A model generated the notes under the pieces. The model was not told the DNA's origin, made no database searches, and saw nothing but the letters and a program-made list of their open reading frames with translations. The position numbers were made by a program, and so were the translations under genes. A stretch of 64,000 bases of DNA from the human T2T-CHM13v2.0 reference genome, Homo sapiens. Shown here in pieces: positions 1 to 13,542 of the stretch (position 1 is the first letter of the stretch; each line of letters begins with the position of its first letter). The stretch is taken from assembly GCF_009914755.1 (NCBI RefSeq), contig NC_060931.1; one strand, given 5' to 3'.

Positions 1-199
1 AATGAGGGCTATGTATGTGTTCCTATATTAAGCAGATATATCTACCAACCTATACCTGTTATGAATAGATAACAGCTATATATGATATCTATTCATATTA
101 ATCAATTAAATAATTAATTGATTAATAGCTGCTTATATTAATTAAGCAGATATATTTTAGTAAATTAGAACATTTAAAGACTATCATTGTTTCATTCAT

Positions 200-705
200 A
201 TAGTATCAACTAAGCTGATATACTCTGCTTGCACACATCCCTCCCTCCCATGGTTCTATCCACTGTTTCTCCTTCCTTCTCAGTGCTCCTGGATGAGTCT
301 TTGATGGGCTACACTGACAGACTTCTCTAGTGTCTGGCTTTTGTTTGGAATTAGCCAGCAGAGGGCCAATGAGAAGAAAACGGCAGAACATAGAGAATGA
401 GATTCCCTTTCTGTTGGGCTACAGTTTGGCAGAAGTCCAGGTTCCTTGAACGGTCACAGCTGCTGCTAGAAGTTCCCTCCTATAGCTACAACCTCAACTG
501 AAGCTCTTTGTAGGTCCTGGTAGTATCTCCCCACTTTCACCCTCAGACATAGGAGCGGTAATAGCTCCTACTATTGCTAGCCCAGGAGTGCTTCGCCATC
601 CCGGTTTTCTGTTATCCTTTTTCATACCTTTGTAAATAGTTTCCTATCTACAATTCCACCAAATTGAATGTGCCATCGATTTCCTTCTGGAATCCTGACC
701 CATAT
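200..705 (+). mobile_element. ERVL solo LTR, LTR33-like
   Basis: 3' part acctttgtaaatagt...ttgaatgtgccatc...tttcc...cctgac resembles the LTR33 end; boundaries approximate. Confidence 0.6.
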
Positions 706-1502
706 GCTTATACACAGATGATCTATTAAGGCTCTATAACATATAAAAATAAACAAATTAGAAATTGATTCTGCTTTCAAACAGTTTACAATCTGGAAAA
801 GGAAATACATGTGGTTTAACCGATATCATTGGTTAATGTCTGCTTAGCTAAAATTGAGAAGGTGATAGTACTGTCACATAAATGCAGAGGGTGGGGTGGA
901 AAAAGGTAGAAAATTACATGGAATAACTTGTTCTCTACATGCTGACTTGAAATAACTTATTTACATATGATAGTATGAAAGTGTATTTAGAAACATTTTA
1001 ACAAGATTTTAGAATATCTACCTTCCTATAATTTGTGTATATGTAACATATTTGAAAGGGCAATTAAAAATTACATGCCCTTGCTCCTAATGATTGTATC
1101 ACATATATACTCATTTTATGAAAAACTTTTGTCTCTTTTCTATATAATATTTGTTTTTTTAACTTCTATATACAAACTCTCAAGTACAAAAATGTTATTT
1201 CATAGAATATTTTAAGCTCTCTATTCTTAATGGAACTATTAATTATACATTTTGGCAATTTGGTAGGGATAAACTCAATTTTGGTAGTAATATAACAAAC
1301 CATGAGCTGGATTCTAATAGTGAGAAGGCACTAGGGTTTCATAAAAGGATACTAGTTAATGGTGTTTATTTAATTCAAGGGGCCATTCAATAAACTTGAA
1401 AAAGCACTTTTCAAGTTTTACATGAATAGTTAAATTTAGATTTTCAAGCCCTACTGGTATATCAGATGAATTAACAAATGTATAACACACGGTTTCCTTT
1501 TT

Positions 1503-1620
1503 TCCTTTTTTATTGTATACATTTAAGGTGCACAACATTATGTTTTGATATATATATACCCATAGTGAAATGATTACTATAGGTAAGCAATTTAACATAT
1601 CCATCATCTCACATAGTATC
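1503..1620 (-). mobile_element. L1MA 3'-end fragment
   Basis: tttattgtatacatttaaggtgcacaacatt...catagtgaaatgattacta...aacatatccatcatctcacatagt is the typical L1MA 3'UTR in antisense. Confidence 0.75.
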
Positions 1621-3844
1621 CTTTTAAAAATAGAACCTTTACTTCAAAACATTTAATACAATTAAATGTTTTAATATGATGAGATGGATATAAACAACAG
1701 ATGAGACCAAAAAAGGACATGATTCTTGTCTTTAAAATATTTAATGAAAAATCTATGCACGAAAATTAATGATAGATGACAAAGTAGAATCATTTCTCTA
1801 TAGATGTTTATTTTTAGATAACTAATAAGGCTAATCTAGAATCATTTAGTTTAATTAGAGTTTAACAAATATTCCCACATGAATATGTTCATGCTTGCTT
1901 CACAGCTTCCTCACTTTCTTTTATCATAATAGATATGTCATTCACACTGCATTTCAGATCAAATTTTACATGACTTCAATAGATACATTATAGAATTAAC
2001 AAATATTGAAATACTATTGCTTGAAGACTTTTTTTTAAAGAACTGGGGCTTAAGAGGAAAATCAATTTTCAGATAAGACCTACTATACCTGGACTTGGCA
2101 AACAAAAAGTGCTTACATATTTGCAGAAGTAACTGTAAAGATCAATGACTACATTATCAAATTGTCTAAGAATTGATGTAAAATTCAACTATTTCACCCT
2201 GTCCCAATGGCATGAGTTTCAAAATATACAAACATAAATATGTCTAAGTTAAAATAAACACTGGGTCAATAAATCTCAAATTTATAAAGTACACTCAAAG
2301 CTTTGAACTGTACAGCCTCAAGTGATACATTAGCAGTACAGACATACATTAAAGCACTTAGCATGAAAATTGTCCACTGTAAAATGGGGCAGAAACACAT
2401 TAAATATTCTTATCAATCTCAAGCCCAAAAGGATTACAATTTAGAACATATGCAGTTCAGTTATTCAAAATGGACTCAGTAGCTTCTCCAAAAATTTCCT
2501 AACTATTTGGGGATTTTTTTTCCTCTCCACTTTTGAATCTGCTGAACAGGGAGAACAGGAAGAAAATATTTCAATAATTTATTTTTGTTTATTTGTCTGA
2601 AATAGCAAATCATGAAACACTCACTGAACATAATTAGCTCCTCTGCACTGTGATTCCAAATCTCTCTGGATGCTGGGCCAGCTGACCAGATGGTGTGCTG
2701 TAACATAATGCCTTTGAAACAGAGGCTTGAGTTCGGGTCCACAGGCCACAGGACAACAGAGGCAGATTGCACCGTGGAAGTGATATATTCAACTCGGAAG
2801 GCCTGGGGCTGGCAAGTGCTACTGTGCTCTTTGCCAAAGGGCAAACCAAATGCCATCTTCCTCAAGCCTCAGGCTCTATTGTTGTACGTGGCAGCTTATT
2901 GTGTTTTTAACCTTTGGGGGAGGCAGAAGGAGGGGAGATTGTGAGAGGTCAGGAAGACAAAATAGGTAAGGAAGAAGGGAAAGTTAATCAGTTTCCAAAA
3001 TACTTATTACCTGCTATGCTGAGAAAGGATATGACGGCATTTGCAAAAGGATAGGCTGTTCCCCTAAATTACCTTGTATACAAAGGAATTTTCTTAGGAA
3101 TCTTTTTTTGTTCTTAATTAATAAGACTGATTGGTTAGCAATCTGCCTTATGACTAAGCCTGACAGAGCTTAATTGAAAAGAAGCTTAATTGCAGGAAAG
3201 CAATGGAAGAAATTCATTAGAGAAGTCTTGAAATCTGAAAATTATGGGCAGAGCAGGCTACCCGAATGGAAATTGGGCAATTTAAGATGTCTTAATTAGA
3301 TTTAAAACCACAGCTTAGAAAAACTAAATTAGCTATATCGAATCAGATAAAAAAAATCTGAGATAAAATGCATGGTTATTATTGGATTACTCAAGATAGT
3401 CTGTATAGCTTTGTGCTGGTAATTCTAAAACTCAATCTTTATGAGGAGTAACAACGACGACAAAAAAGACAAAGAAGACAGTGAACATGAACTTTTAATG
3501 GTATTGAATTTATTCCAAGCCTTATAGTAAATGTTTAAGATGTTTTAATAACTGCCCACTGCCAATTATCTTGAAGAAATCCAAAAATGGTAAGCAAATA
3601 GAAGCTTAATTTCAACTTTGTTGGCAAAAAAAGATGAAGAAACAAACCAAATACTCCAATTTATTACTGATTTGAGATTTAGACATTTGCATAAAACTGT
3701 TGTGGTTTGATGGTGATGACAGTATGGGTATGGAGGGGGCCAGTCAGTCAACAAAGTAGTATACTTACTAGATAAACATGGGGCATTGGAGTTAAAAATA
3801 AAGGAAGTAGACAGGAAGAGAAAAATATCCAAAGGTATTTGGAT

Positions 3845-4435
3845 AAAGCTTGTCACTTATTCGGTTATATTATTGGGTAAATATGTCTCAGGCATCATGC
3901 TGAAGATTCATCTTAGAACAAAATATACAAGGTCCCTGCTATAATGCAGAATAAAACTCGGTGAACAGGATGGACATTAAGCAGAGATAACACAGATAAA
4001 TGTAAATTACACATTGTAATAAACACCAGAAAAAATATAAAGCCATCAATGTGACATGATAGCAGGAAAATGTGATATGGATAAGGGCCTTGCTGAGGAA
4101 GTCATATCCAAGCTAAGACCTGAAGGCTGAGGAAGGAACTTCTCTTGGCTAACCAGTGCCAAGGGAAGAATATTCTGGACTAAGGAAGTGGTCCGTGTGT
4201 CGGCATGGGAGGCAGAGAGGGTGGCCAGGGTGGCTAAGGCAGGGCACATGAGTGAAAGGGCAGGAGAGATCTCTGGGATAGGAGGAAGGGGCTGGGTCCT
4301 GCAGACTGTTACAGACTGGGTTTCGTGCTAAGACTTAGGATCTAAGTGAAGCCTGGAGCCTTTGGATGGATTCGAGCAGAAGAGTGACATGACAGGATTT
4401 GCAGTTTTAAAAGATCACTGCCATTGCTGAGCCAA
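3845..4435 (-). mobile_element. L2 fragment
   Basis: aaggtccctgct...gctaagacctgaagg...gagcagaagagtgacatgac...ttttaaaagatcact motifs of antisense L2. Confidence 0.7.
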
Positions 4436-4484
4436 CAGTGTGGTAAAAGAGAAGCCTCTGGATTCCCAGTGTGCGCTGGCTAGT

Positions 4485-5100
4485 GTATTCATCTGAGAAA
4501 CATTTTTCGACATCTATTATTTGCCAGTTCCACTGAGGAGAAGAGAAATGCAAAGATCAATAAGCTCAGAGTTTTCTTTCAAGAAATGTAACAAATTATT
4601 AAATAAATATGGTTTATCACAGGTAAATGTGTATTTAGAGGCATGTACAAAATGCTAAAGGAGACTAGAAGGAAACTTCATAAAAGAGATAAACATGGAA
4701 CTAGATCTTGTAAGGACATAAGAGAGAAAATGTTTCAGACAGCAGCAATTGCAAAATAATGGAGTCATAGAAGAGTTCAGTATGAAATGGAAACCAAAAA
4801 AAGTTTAGCAGTTTTGCACCCAGAAAAAAAGAAAACGGAGAAGGGTAAGCTTGTAACAAACGGATGGGGGTCTTTTATATGCTAAGGTATTTGCCCTTCA
4901 TCCTATGGTTAATCAATAGGGGAGCTTTCAGATGTATTCAAGCCAGATGACACTGTAGTTTAGAAAGATAAATCTAGTCCTACGCAGAAGACAGAGTGGG
5001 AGATAAAGCACTTAGTGGCAGGGAAGACAGTTAAGAAACTTCTACAGCAGTCCAGAAGGAGAGATGGTGAAGCTACAACCTAAAAGACAGCATGGAAATG
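4485..5100 (-). mobile_element. L2 fragment
   Basis: Degenerate L2 motifs (catctattatttgccag, tttagaaagataaatctag, gaagacagttaagaaacttctacagcagtccag). Confidence 0.55.
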
Positions 5101-5682
5101 GCAAGGATGGACAGTTTCTCTCCCAACTCCACATTTCCATCTCTGCTTCTCCCACAACCAACTATGGCCAGGAAATTTACTGGTCACAGGGTTCCATTAC
5201 ATGTACACCAAGGACAACATAAAAGTCGGTGGAGTCAAAGTGCAATTAAGAGGATTGAAAGGGGAGGCCCAGAAAAAGAGTCCCAGGCACAAAGTTTCCT
5301 ACTTCCTCATTTTATCTAGGAAATTGGATGGCTCTTTTATTTCCAAACTCTCATCAGCTGGGAAAGATTTAAAAAGTAGCATGTGTCATAACTCCAATAT
5401 TTCAATCTAAAATCCAAAAAAGCAGCTGCTTCCTTGCAAGAACATGCTCAGAGCTTTCTCTCTCACCTTTCCTTTCCCCTTTCACCTTCATTCACTGTGT
5501 TCCATGTTTATTTGTATACCTGTCTCCCTCAGCATCTAGTACAGTGCTTAGCAGACAGTGCACACTGAATTAATATTAGGTTAATGTTTATTTATAAAGA
5601 TAGTAATTGATGAATGAAAATATATGTTAATTTATTTTTGTTCCTGAGAGAGCTTTTGAGAAGTATCAGCTCCATTCTCCAT

Positions 5683-5782
5683 ATCCCAGATTCTGACAAA
5701 GGGAGTAGGATAGAGCCTGCTCGTCTGTGTTTTTAAAAAGCTCCCAGCTGAGTCCTCTCTGCAGCCAGATTAAGAACTCCTG
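5683..5782. mobile_element. MER5-family hAT-Charlie fragment
   Basis: agattctgac...tctgtgtttttaaaaagctcccagctgagtcct...gcagccagattaagaactcctg. Confidence 0.6.
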
Positions 5783-6063
5783 CCCTATAATCTCCTGACT
5801 GTTAATGACTTAAGGGCCCGGGGTAAAATAAACTTTTATCTTTATCAAATTGTTATATTTTTATCAGCTATATTTACACTAGTTTCTCTCTGTTCTATGG
5901 CATTCATCCATACCTCTTTACTAAACTTATTTCCAACTGATTCTTCTTAGTAGATCATAGGTACTCTTTATTATAATTTTCCTTGAATTCTTTGCAGTGC
6001 TTGATCGGACTGTCTAACACTTCATCACAAACTGTCTTCTCCCTTAACTTCACGATTCCACAT

Positions 6064-6416
6064 TGCTATGGTCTAAGTGTTTGTGTTCCCCCAAAATTCA
6101 TATGATGAAGCTTAAGCACCAATGTGATGAGGTATTTAGGAGGTAATTAGGTCATGAGAGTGGAGCCCTCATGAACGAGACTAGTGCCCTTATAAAAGAG
6201 GTGCTAGAGAATTTCCTTGCCCTTTTCCCACCATGTGAGGATAGAAAAAAGGTGCCAACTATAAACCAGGAAACAGGCCCTCAGCAGACACTGAATCTGC
6301 CAGCACACTCATCTTGTACTTTCCAGCCTGCACAACTGTGGAGAAGTAAGTTTCTGTTGATTCTAAGTTTCCTAGTTTATGGTATTTTGTTATAGTAGCC
6401 CAAATGGACTGAGACA
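6064..6416 (+). mobile_element. MaLR solo LTR (MLT1A/MLT1A0-like)
   Basis: TG...CA termini (tgctatgg...gactgagaca) with 5-bp TSD CACAT at 6059-6063 and 6417-6421. Confidence 0.85.
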
Positions 6417-6509
6417 CACATTGTTCTGGGTAAGGCCTCTTCTAATGATCACCACAATCAGGTGATTTGTTATCACAGATTCAGCTGTTAATAATCTAGT
6501 AGTAATGTT

Positions 6510-7003
<494 letters not shown>

Positions 7004-7829
7004 CAAACCCTGATTTCTAATTCAACCTTGAATGCTTCCAACTGGCCATGGGAAAATTTTACCTGGATTTCCTGTTTTCACTTGAAAATAAATAAGGACA
7101 TAGACATTCTTAATATATTAGCTGTTATTCAAATCCTTGTGTTTGGCATTACTCTATTTCTGTCATTGACTCAATTTCTTCAATTACCATCTTAAATAAA
7201 CAAATCTAATTAAAATCCCTCTGTTACCAAGCCCTGTTGGTTTTTGACATCTACCTTGTCCTCTATCCTACCATGGCTATTATTAGAGTCAAAGGTCTCC
7301 TCAAACTACTGTCTAGAACTAAAGTTTCTTCAGTGTTTTCCAGATGTCCTCTTTATTCAACCTTTCATCAATATCACAGTTAAGAAATATTTTGTTATGT
7401 CACATTCTCAAATATTACATTTGTGTATCTCTAACAACACAGCACAAAAAATATTGCATGTGAACTATTCAAGCAATGTTTGTTAAATTATGCTGATTTA
7501 AAAAGTCAAGCTAGACATATTCTAATAAATTAAAGTTACAGGACTATTTCAATAAGTTTTAGGAGTTCTTAGACCATAATACATTGAAAAGGTTTGCTGA
7601 AAAGCTTTTTAAGATGTACAACATGGATAAGGAAAAAAAGTAGTGTAATACATGCAAAGCACCTGATTTTCTGTTTGTACTTTTGTACTACCATAAAACA
7701 TGTTTTATCTTAAATATATTTCTTTTAGCCTGATTATAATCGATTTAATACACGCTCATTTGAGAAACTCAGATAATACAGAAAATATAAAGTGAAAAGT
7801 AAAATAGCATTACTTTGTCTAGCTAATCA

Positions 7830-9602
7830 CTGATCCTAACTTGAGCTGTAGGTTCAACATAACCTCAATCAAAAGCAAGTTGTTTTGTAGATATTAACAA
7901 ACTGATTCTAAAGTGTACCTGGAGAAGGAAAAAACCTGGAATAGCCACTCAATATTGAAGGAGAAGAAGAACATCAGAGGACTGACATTAGCTGATTTTA
8001 AAGCTACAGTAATCAAAACAGCATGTTATTAGTGAAAGAATAGACAAAGAGATTAACAGAACAAACTAGTGAGCCCAGAAACAGGGCCACAGGATATAGT
8101 CAACTGATCTTTGACAAAGGAATGAAGGTAAGTCAATGGAGAAAGCACAGACTTTTCAAAAAATAGTGCTGGAACAACAGGACATCCTTTTGCAAAATAA
8201 TAATAATAAAAAATCTAGACAGACTTTACACCCTTTACAAAAATTAACTCAAAATCAATCATAGACCTAAATGTAAAACACAAAGTTATAAAACCCCTAG
8301 AAGATAACATGGAAAAAAATAAATGACGTAGGGTATGGTGATGATCTTTTAGATACAACATCAAAGGCACAACCCATGAAAGAAATAATTGATAAGCTGG
8401 GCTTCATTAAAATTTAAAACTTCTGCTCTGTGAAAGATAATGCCAAGAGAATCAGACAATAAGCCACAGACTGTGAGAAAGTATTTGTAAAAGAAATGTC
8501 TGATAGAGAACTATTATCTAGAATATACAAAAACTAATTAAAACTCAACAATAAGAATATAAATCACCTTTAAGAATGAGCAAAAAGTCTGAACAGACAA
8601 CTCACCAAAGAAAAAATATGGTTGGTAAGCAAGCATATGTAAAGACGTCCAACATAATATAGCATTTGGGAATTTCAAATTAAAACAACAATGAGATACC
8701 ACCACACGCCTATCAGGAGGGCCAAAATCCGAAATGCTGACAACCCCAAATTCTGGTGAGGATGTGGAGCAACAGGAAATCTCACTGATAGCTAATGGGA
8801 ATGTAAAATGATAGTCACTTTAGAATACAGTGTGGCAGTTTCTTACAAACTAAACATACTCTTAACATAGGATCTAGCAGTCACACTTCTTGATATCTTC
8901 CTAAATAAACTGAAAACTTATGTGCACACAAAAATCTGCACACGAATATTTATAGTAGCTTTATTCATAACTTCCAAAACTGGGAAGCAATCAACATGTC
9001 TTTCAGCAGGTAAATGGATAAGTAAACTGTGGTATATCCAGACAATGGAATATTATTCACTGCTAAAAAGAAACAAACTATCAAACTATCAAAAGACATG
9101 TAGGAAACTTATATGCAAATTACTAAGTGAAAGAAGCCAATCTGAAGAGGCTACATACTATACGATTTCAAATATATGACATTCTGGGGAAGAAAAACAA
9201 AAACAAAAAAACTATTATGACAGTAAAAAGATCAGTGGTTGCCAGAAATTAGTTGGGAGGAAAGGATAAAAAGTCAGAGCACAGGGATTTTTAGGGCAGT
9301 GAAACTATTCTGTATGATACCACAATGAGGGATATATGTCATATGCATTTGTCAAACCCATAGAATGTACACAACCAAGAACGAACTCTAATGTGAACTA
9401 TAGACTTTGGGTAATAATGATGTGTCAATGTATGCTCATCATTGTAACAAATGCACTACTCTGGTAGAGGATGTAAACAGTGGGAGAAGCTGGGGTATGT
9501 GTTTGTGAGGACAGAGGATATATGAGAACTCTGTACTTTCTGCTCCATTTTGCTGTGACCCTAAAAATGCTCTAAAAATATAGTTTACTAATTTTAAAAA
9601 AA
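7830..9602 (+). mobile_element. L1MC1-like element, ORF2 3' remnant plus 3'UTR
   Basis: Decayed ORF2 C-terminus (ORF 8922-9179: RIFIVALFIT...KLWYIQTMEYYS) followed by an L1MC-type 3'UTR and A-rich end. Confidence 0.85.
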
Positions 9603-9649
9603 CTCAGTGTACATATCTATCTGATTTTTTGATAAAGAGTAACTTACAA

Positions 9650-10500
9650 GAAATGAACAGAAATCATAAAACATAAAATAATCGAGAGATCTGTCTGTAC
9701 TTTTAAAACAATACATGTCTACGAAATCAAAAGTCAAATTACAATATAGGAAAAACATTTGCCCCAAATATCACTCATAGTCCCTTAATATTATATAAAT
9801 CAATTTGAAAAATAAATTTCAATTAAAAAAGACAAAGTTCATGAGAGAAAAATTCACAGACGAAATACACAAATCACTAATGAACATACGATAAAATGTT
9901 CATTGTCCTTGTAATCAAAGCAAAATGTAAATTAAAATAATGATGTTTATCACGTATCAAATTAAAAATTAGAATAAGTGACAGAAATCAGTGCTAAAAA
10001 GGTAAAAGTGAAATAGATGCTACCTTACACTGCCATTGGGATTTTGCAGCAGTAAACATTTTCTGTAAAGCAATTTGACAATATGACAATAGCCTTGAAG
10101 ATGTTCCTACTTTTAACCCACTAATTCTACCTCTAGAAATCTGCTTTATGGTAGTTATCAGAAAGGTAGAAAAGATTCATTTATTAAGATCATTCTCATA
10201 GAATTATTTATAAATTTAAAAAATACAAACAAAATTAGATTATGCCATATAAGTGTTCAGTAACTAAAATATGTTTCAAGTGGTCTTAGAGAATGTTCAT
10301 AATATAATATTTAGAAAAATATTTTCTTATAGAGAAAAATTCAAGATGCATATAGGGAAAGTATGTAGAAGATAATGAAATTTTAAAATGATATAATTGT
10401 CTACCTAGAAATTCAAAGAGAATCAGTGAGAAAACTACTAAAGTCAGAAAATATAATGCATAATCAGAAAATAAATAAGAAAAAAGAGCTATATATCAGC
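9650..10500 (+). mobile_element. Old L1M/L1ME fragments
   Basis: aaaatgttcattgtccttgtaatcaaag...aaagcaatttgacaatat...ctaattctacctctagaaat; ataattgtctacctagaaa. Confidence 0.6.
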
Positions 10501-10503
10501 AAT

Positions 10504-10995
10504 TAGGGTAGGAGACTGGTAGGACTTGTTTTCTGCTATCAAAACAGGATCTGGTCCATACAAAATAAAGCAAAAAAACCAAGTAGGAACCAGCGATCCC
10601 TAGCTGCCTTCATTGCTCATTGGCATAAGACACTCCTACCAATGCCATGACAGTTTACAGATGCAATGACAATGACCCAGAAGTTACCACCTTTCTCCAT
10701 GACAATGACCTGGAAGTTACTGCCCCTTTCTTTAAAAGTTTGAAATGATGGGCCTCTCAATTTGCATTGACCTGCCCCTTGATTTACATATAACTGAAAG
10801 TGGGTTTACATATGTAAATATAAGTTGCCAAGAGCCCATACATTGACTCTGGCTGCACTGCCTATGAGTTAGTCCTGCAATGCAAGGAACGGTACCATTC
10901 AATTAAAGACTGCTGTCTAATACCACTGGCTCGCCCTCATGCCAAGAACCCTCCTGGGCTAAGCCCCAATTTTAGGGCTCACCTGTCCTGTAACA
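10504..10995 (+). mobile_element. ERV1 solo LTR (MER66/MER41-related)
   Basis: gcataagacactcc...gccatgacagtttaca...ggaagttac...gccaagaaccctcctgggctaagccccaatttt...aaca. Confidence 0.75.
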
Positions 10996-10999
10996 CTAA

Positions 11000-11660
11000 C
11001 ACTATAACAAATTAGGAAATATAGTAAAAAATCAAAATTCTTAGTAAAAAAAAAAAGAAAAAGATACTCAAAAGTCAGGAACTATAAAGAAAAGACTGAT
11101 ATATTTTTATGTGCTGTTGGACAGAAGAGCTGACAAAAGTAATATAAAAGATTAAAACTGGAATATATATTTATAAATGTAGACAGACTTGCTATTCATA
11201 ATCTAGATAGCAAGTCAGAATATCAATAAGAAAAAGAAAATATGCCTCAATTAAAAAGCCAAAAAAGACATGGAAAAACAATTTGCTAAAGAAAAAAAAG
11301 ATTAATAACCATGTAAAAATTTGTTCAGCATCACAAAAACCTCAAAGAAACTAGGAAAACAAAAAGACTTATGTTGATTAGATTGGCAGTAATTAGGACG
11401 TTGATTAAGTCTAATGTATGAGGTTAAATTCTTTCTGACTACTTGGTAGAGTATGAATGTATATAAATTTTATGGAGGACAATTAGTAATATTTGTCAAT
11501 GGACAAAATTTTAAATGTACATATTCAAAAATTGTGAGATTTCAATTCTAAAACTTATTTTAGCAATATAAGTTCACAGGTACACAAAGATTTATATAAA
11601 TAGATCATCTTTACACAAAAACTCAGGATATACAAACACACTAGACACCTCTTGTAAGCC
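11000..11660 (+). mobile_element. Old L1ME fragment
   Basis: A-rich degenerate ORF2 3' motifs (ttagattggca, tttatggaggacaatt). Confidence 0.5.
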
Positions 11661-11689
11661 ACTTCATATTTATTAAGTCTAATGTAGAC

Positions 11690-12090
11690 GTTGTACCATT
11701 CAAGCAGGTGCATGATGCACAGAGGAATTAATGCCCCATAAGCAAACTTTGGCCAATGGGAGACAGGAGACAGCAGATAAATTACTCTCCCTTCCTTCCT
11801 TGTCCTGAGACGTTGTTTATGTTGCCTTTGAAGATATGATTCTGAAAGACTGAGCAATCTATCATGCTTGATACTGAGCAGTGGTCAGCTCAGTACCTCA
11901 TTCTCATTTTTGCTTTCCTGACATCCTTACCTCATTTTCCTTTTCCTAAATGTGAGGCCATTTTCCAAAAGGAGAAGGGAAATGAGGCAAGAAAGCCACT
12001 TACCCTCTAGGATTGAACTAACTCACAAAATTATGACACAAAAGCCTTTACCTTACACATTGTTATCTGAAAAATTCTTAGCTAAAAGAA
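11690..12090 (+). mobile_element. ERVL LTR16-family fragment
   Basis: ggaattaatgcccc...ggccaatgggagacaggag signature. Confidence 0.55.
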
Positions 12091-12447
12091 ATGCAGAAAT
12101 TCTAAATGTCCATCAATAGGAATTTATGCAGAAATTAAAAATGATAAGATACATTGATTTGTATTGATATATGTGACAGATGGAATTTTCTAATAGTGGT
12201 CTAGCAATATTTCTGGTTTCACATTTTATTTCAGTGTCGTTCTATTTCTCTTCTAAGAGCTGGAGTCTACATCCCTACCCTTGAACATGGGCAGGCCTTT
12301 GTGAGTGATCAACCAATGAAATCCAGCAAAATTGACACTGCATGACTGCTGAGGCTGTAATACAAAAGGTGATACAGCTTCCACTTCGCTCTGACTCTTT
12401 CACAAAAGATTTGCCTTTGGAATACAGCCATCATTTGGTGAGGAAAC

Positions 12448-13105
12448 TATTATATCAGAAACTGTGAAGGGTCTGAGATTTTATCTTTCTTCCAAGTGAA
12501 CAATTTAGACTGCCACAGGATGGATGGGTGGATGGAAGGATGGATGGATGGATGGATGGATGGATGGATGGATGGATGGATGTATACACATATATAGCCA
12601 TAAACATCCATATTAAAATTATGAATATTGCTTGATTCACACACATACATATACATACACACAAGAAACATGAGGCCTCTGAGTCATAGACAAATACAGT
12701 TCATTACTCACAGCAAGAACAACACCTTGCATGAGTTTTCTAAGCCCAAGTCCTTGCAGGGCAACATGATGGCCAGAATGGTACCTGCACATGCAACGGG
12801 GTGCATTATAAAACAGAAATCCCCAAATTAGAAAATTTTTGATCTTCTATAGGGCTGTTGATGATGTGCCAATCCTCCCTTCAGGAGAAAGAGAAACATT
12901 ATCTTCATTCTGGAATGCAAGCAAATCTGGGGAGGAGGACAGGTTTTTATCTTTACTACCCTGGACTGTCTCCAGGAAGGGAGATGTCTCTAAGCTTCAC
13001 TATCCTGGAATGTCTCCTTATAAAAACGTTATTGTAAATGCCTTTGTTCAGAGGGCCTGGATCATGTAGAACCATGAAATATTCATGGAGAATTGTCTTC
13101 CAATA
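12448..13105 (-). mobile_element. ERV1 solo LTR (MER90/MER92/MER110 group)
   Basis: actgtgaagggtctgagatttt...ttattactcacagc-like...ggagaattgtcttccaa; flanked by direct repeat GAAAC (12443-12447, 13106-13110). Confidence 0.7.
12518..12581. repeat. (GGAT)n microsatellite
   Basis: About 16 near-perfect GGAT units. Confidence 0.95.
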
Positions 13106-13444
13106 GAAACCCCGGCCACATAGAGAGCCCAAGTGGAGGCATTCCAACTGATAGACTAAACTAAGATCTAAGCCCACAGCCAGCATAATTTGTCAGAAAC
13201 ATGAGTGAAAACGTCTTTTCATGGTTCCAGCTCCCAGACTTTGAGCCATCCCAGATGATACAAAAGTGGAGCAGAGCTGCTCTGTCCCTGGTGATCCCTG
13301 CCAAAGACTGAAGATACTGCTGTTTTAAACAACTACATCTTGAGTTGGTTATGCAGCAAAAGATTACTAGAACAACATGGGAACATGTCCATAATAAATC
13401 ACATAAGCAGTTCCTAAACAAAATGTATAACTTGATTACATTTG

Positions 13445-13542
13445 CATACACACACACACGCATATATCTGAGTACACACACACACACAAACACATTTATA
13501 CAGGCATAGAAATAAGACAAACACAAACATACACAAATGCAC
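13445..13542. repeat. CA-rich degenerate microsatellite
   Basis: Interrupted (CA)n runs. Confidence 0.8.

Larger units (their letters stand above)
12172..13373 (+). mobile_element. MLT1 (F/G-like) LTR interrupted by an ERV1 LTR at 12448-13105
   Basis: 5' tgtgacagat...ggagtctacatccctacccttgaa...; 3' ctgttttaaacaactac...gttatgcagcaaaagattactagaaca. Confidence 0.7.

Noticed and set aside
8922-9179. ORF resembling the L1 ORF2 C-terminus
   Set aside because: Short remnant inside a decayed L1MC copy with stops and frameshifts around it; not functional.
10657-10732. About 32-bp direct repeat (atgacaatgacc..gaagttac)
   Set aside because: Lies inside the MER66/MER41-related LTR and is probably part of the family consensus, not a locus-specific event.
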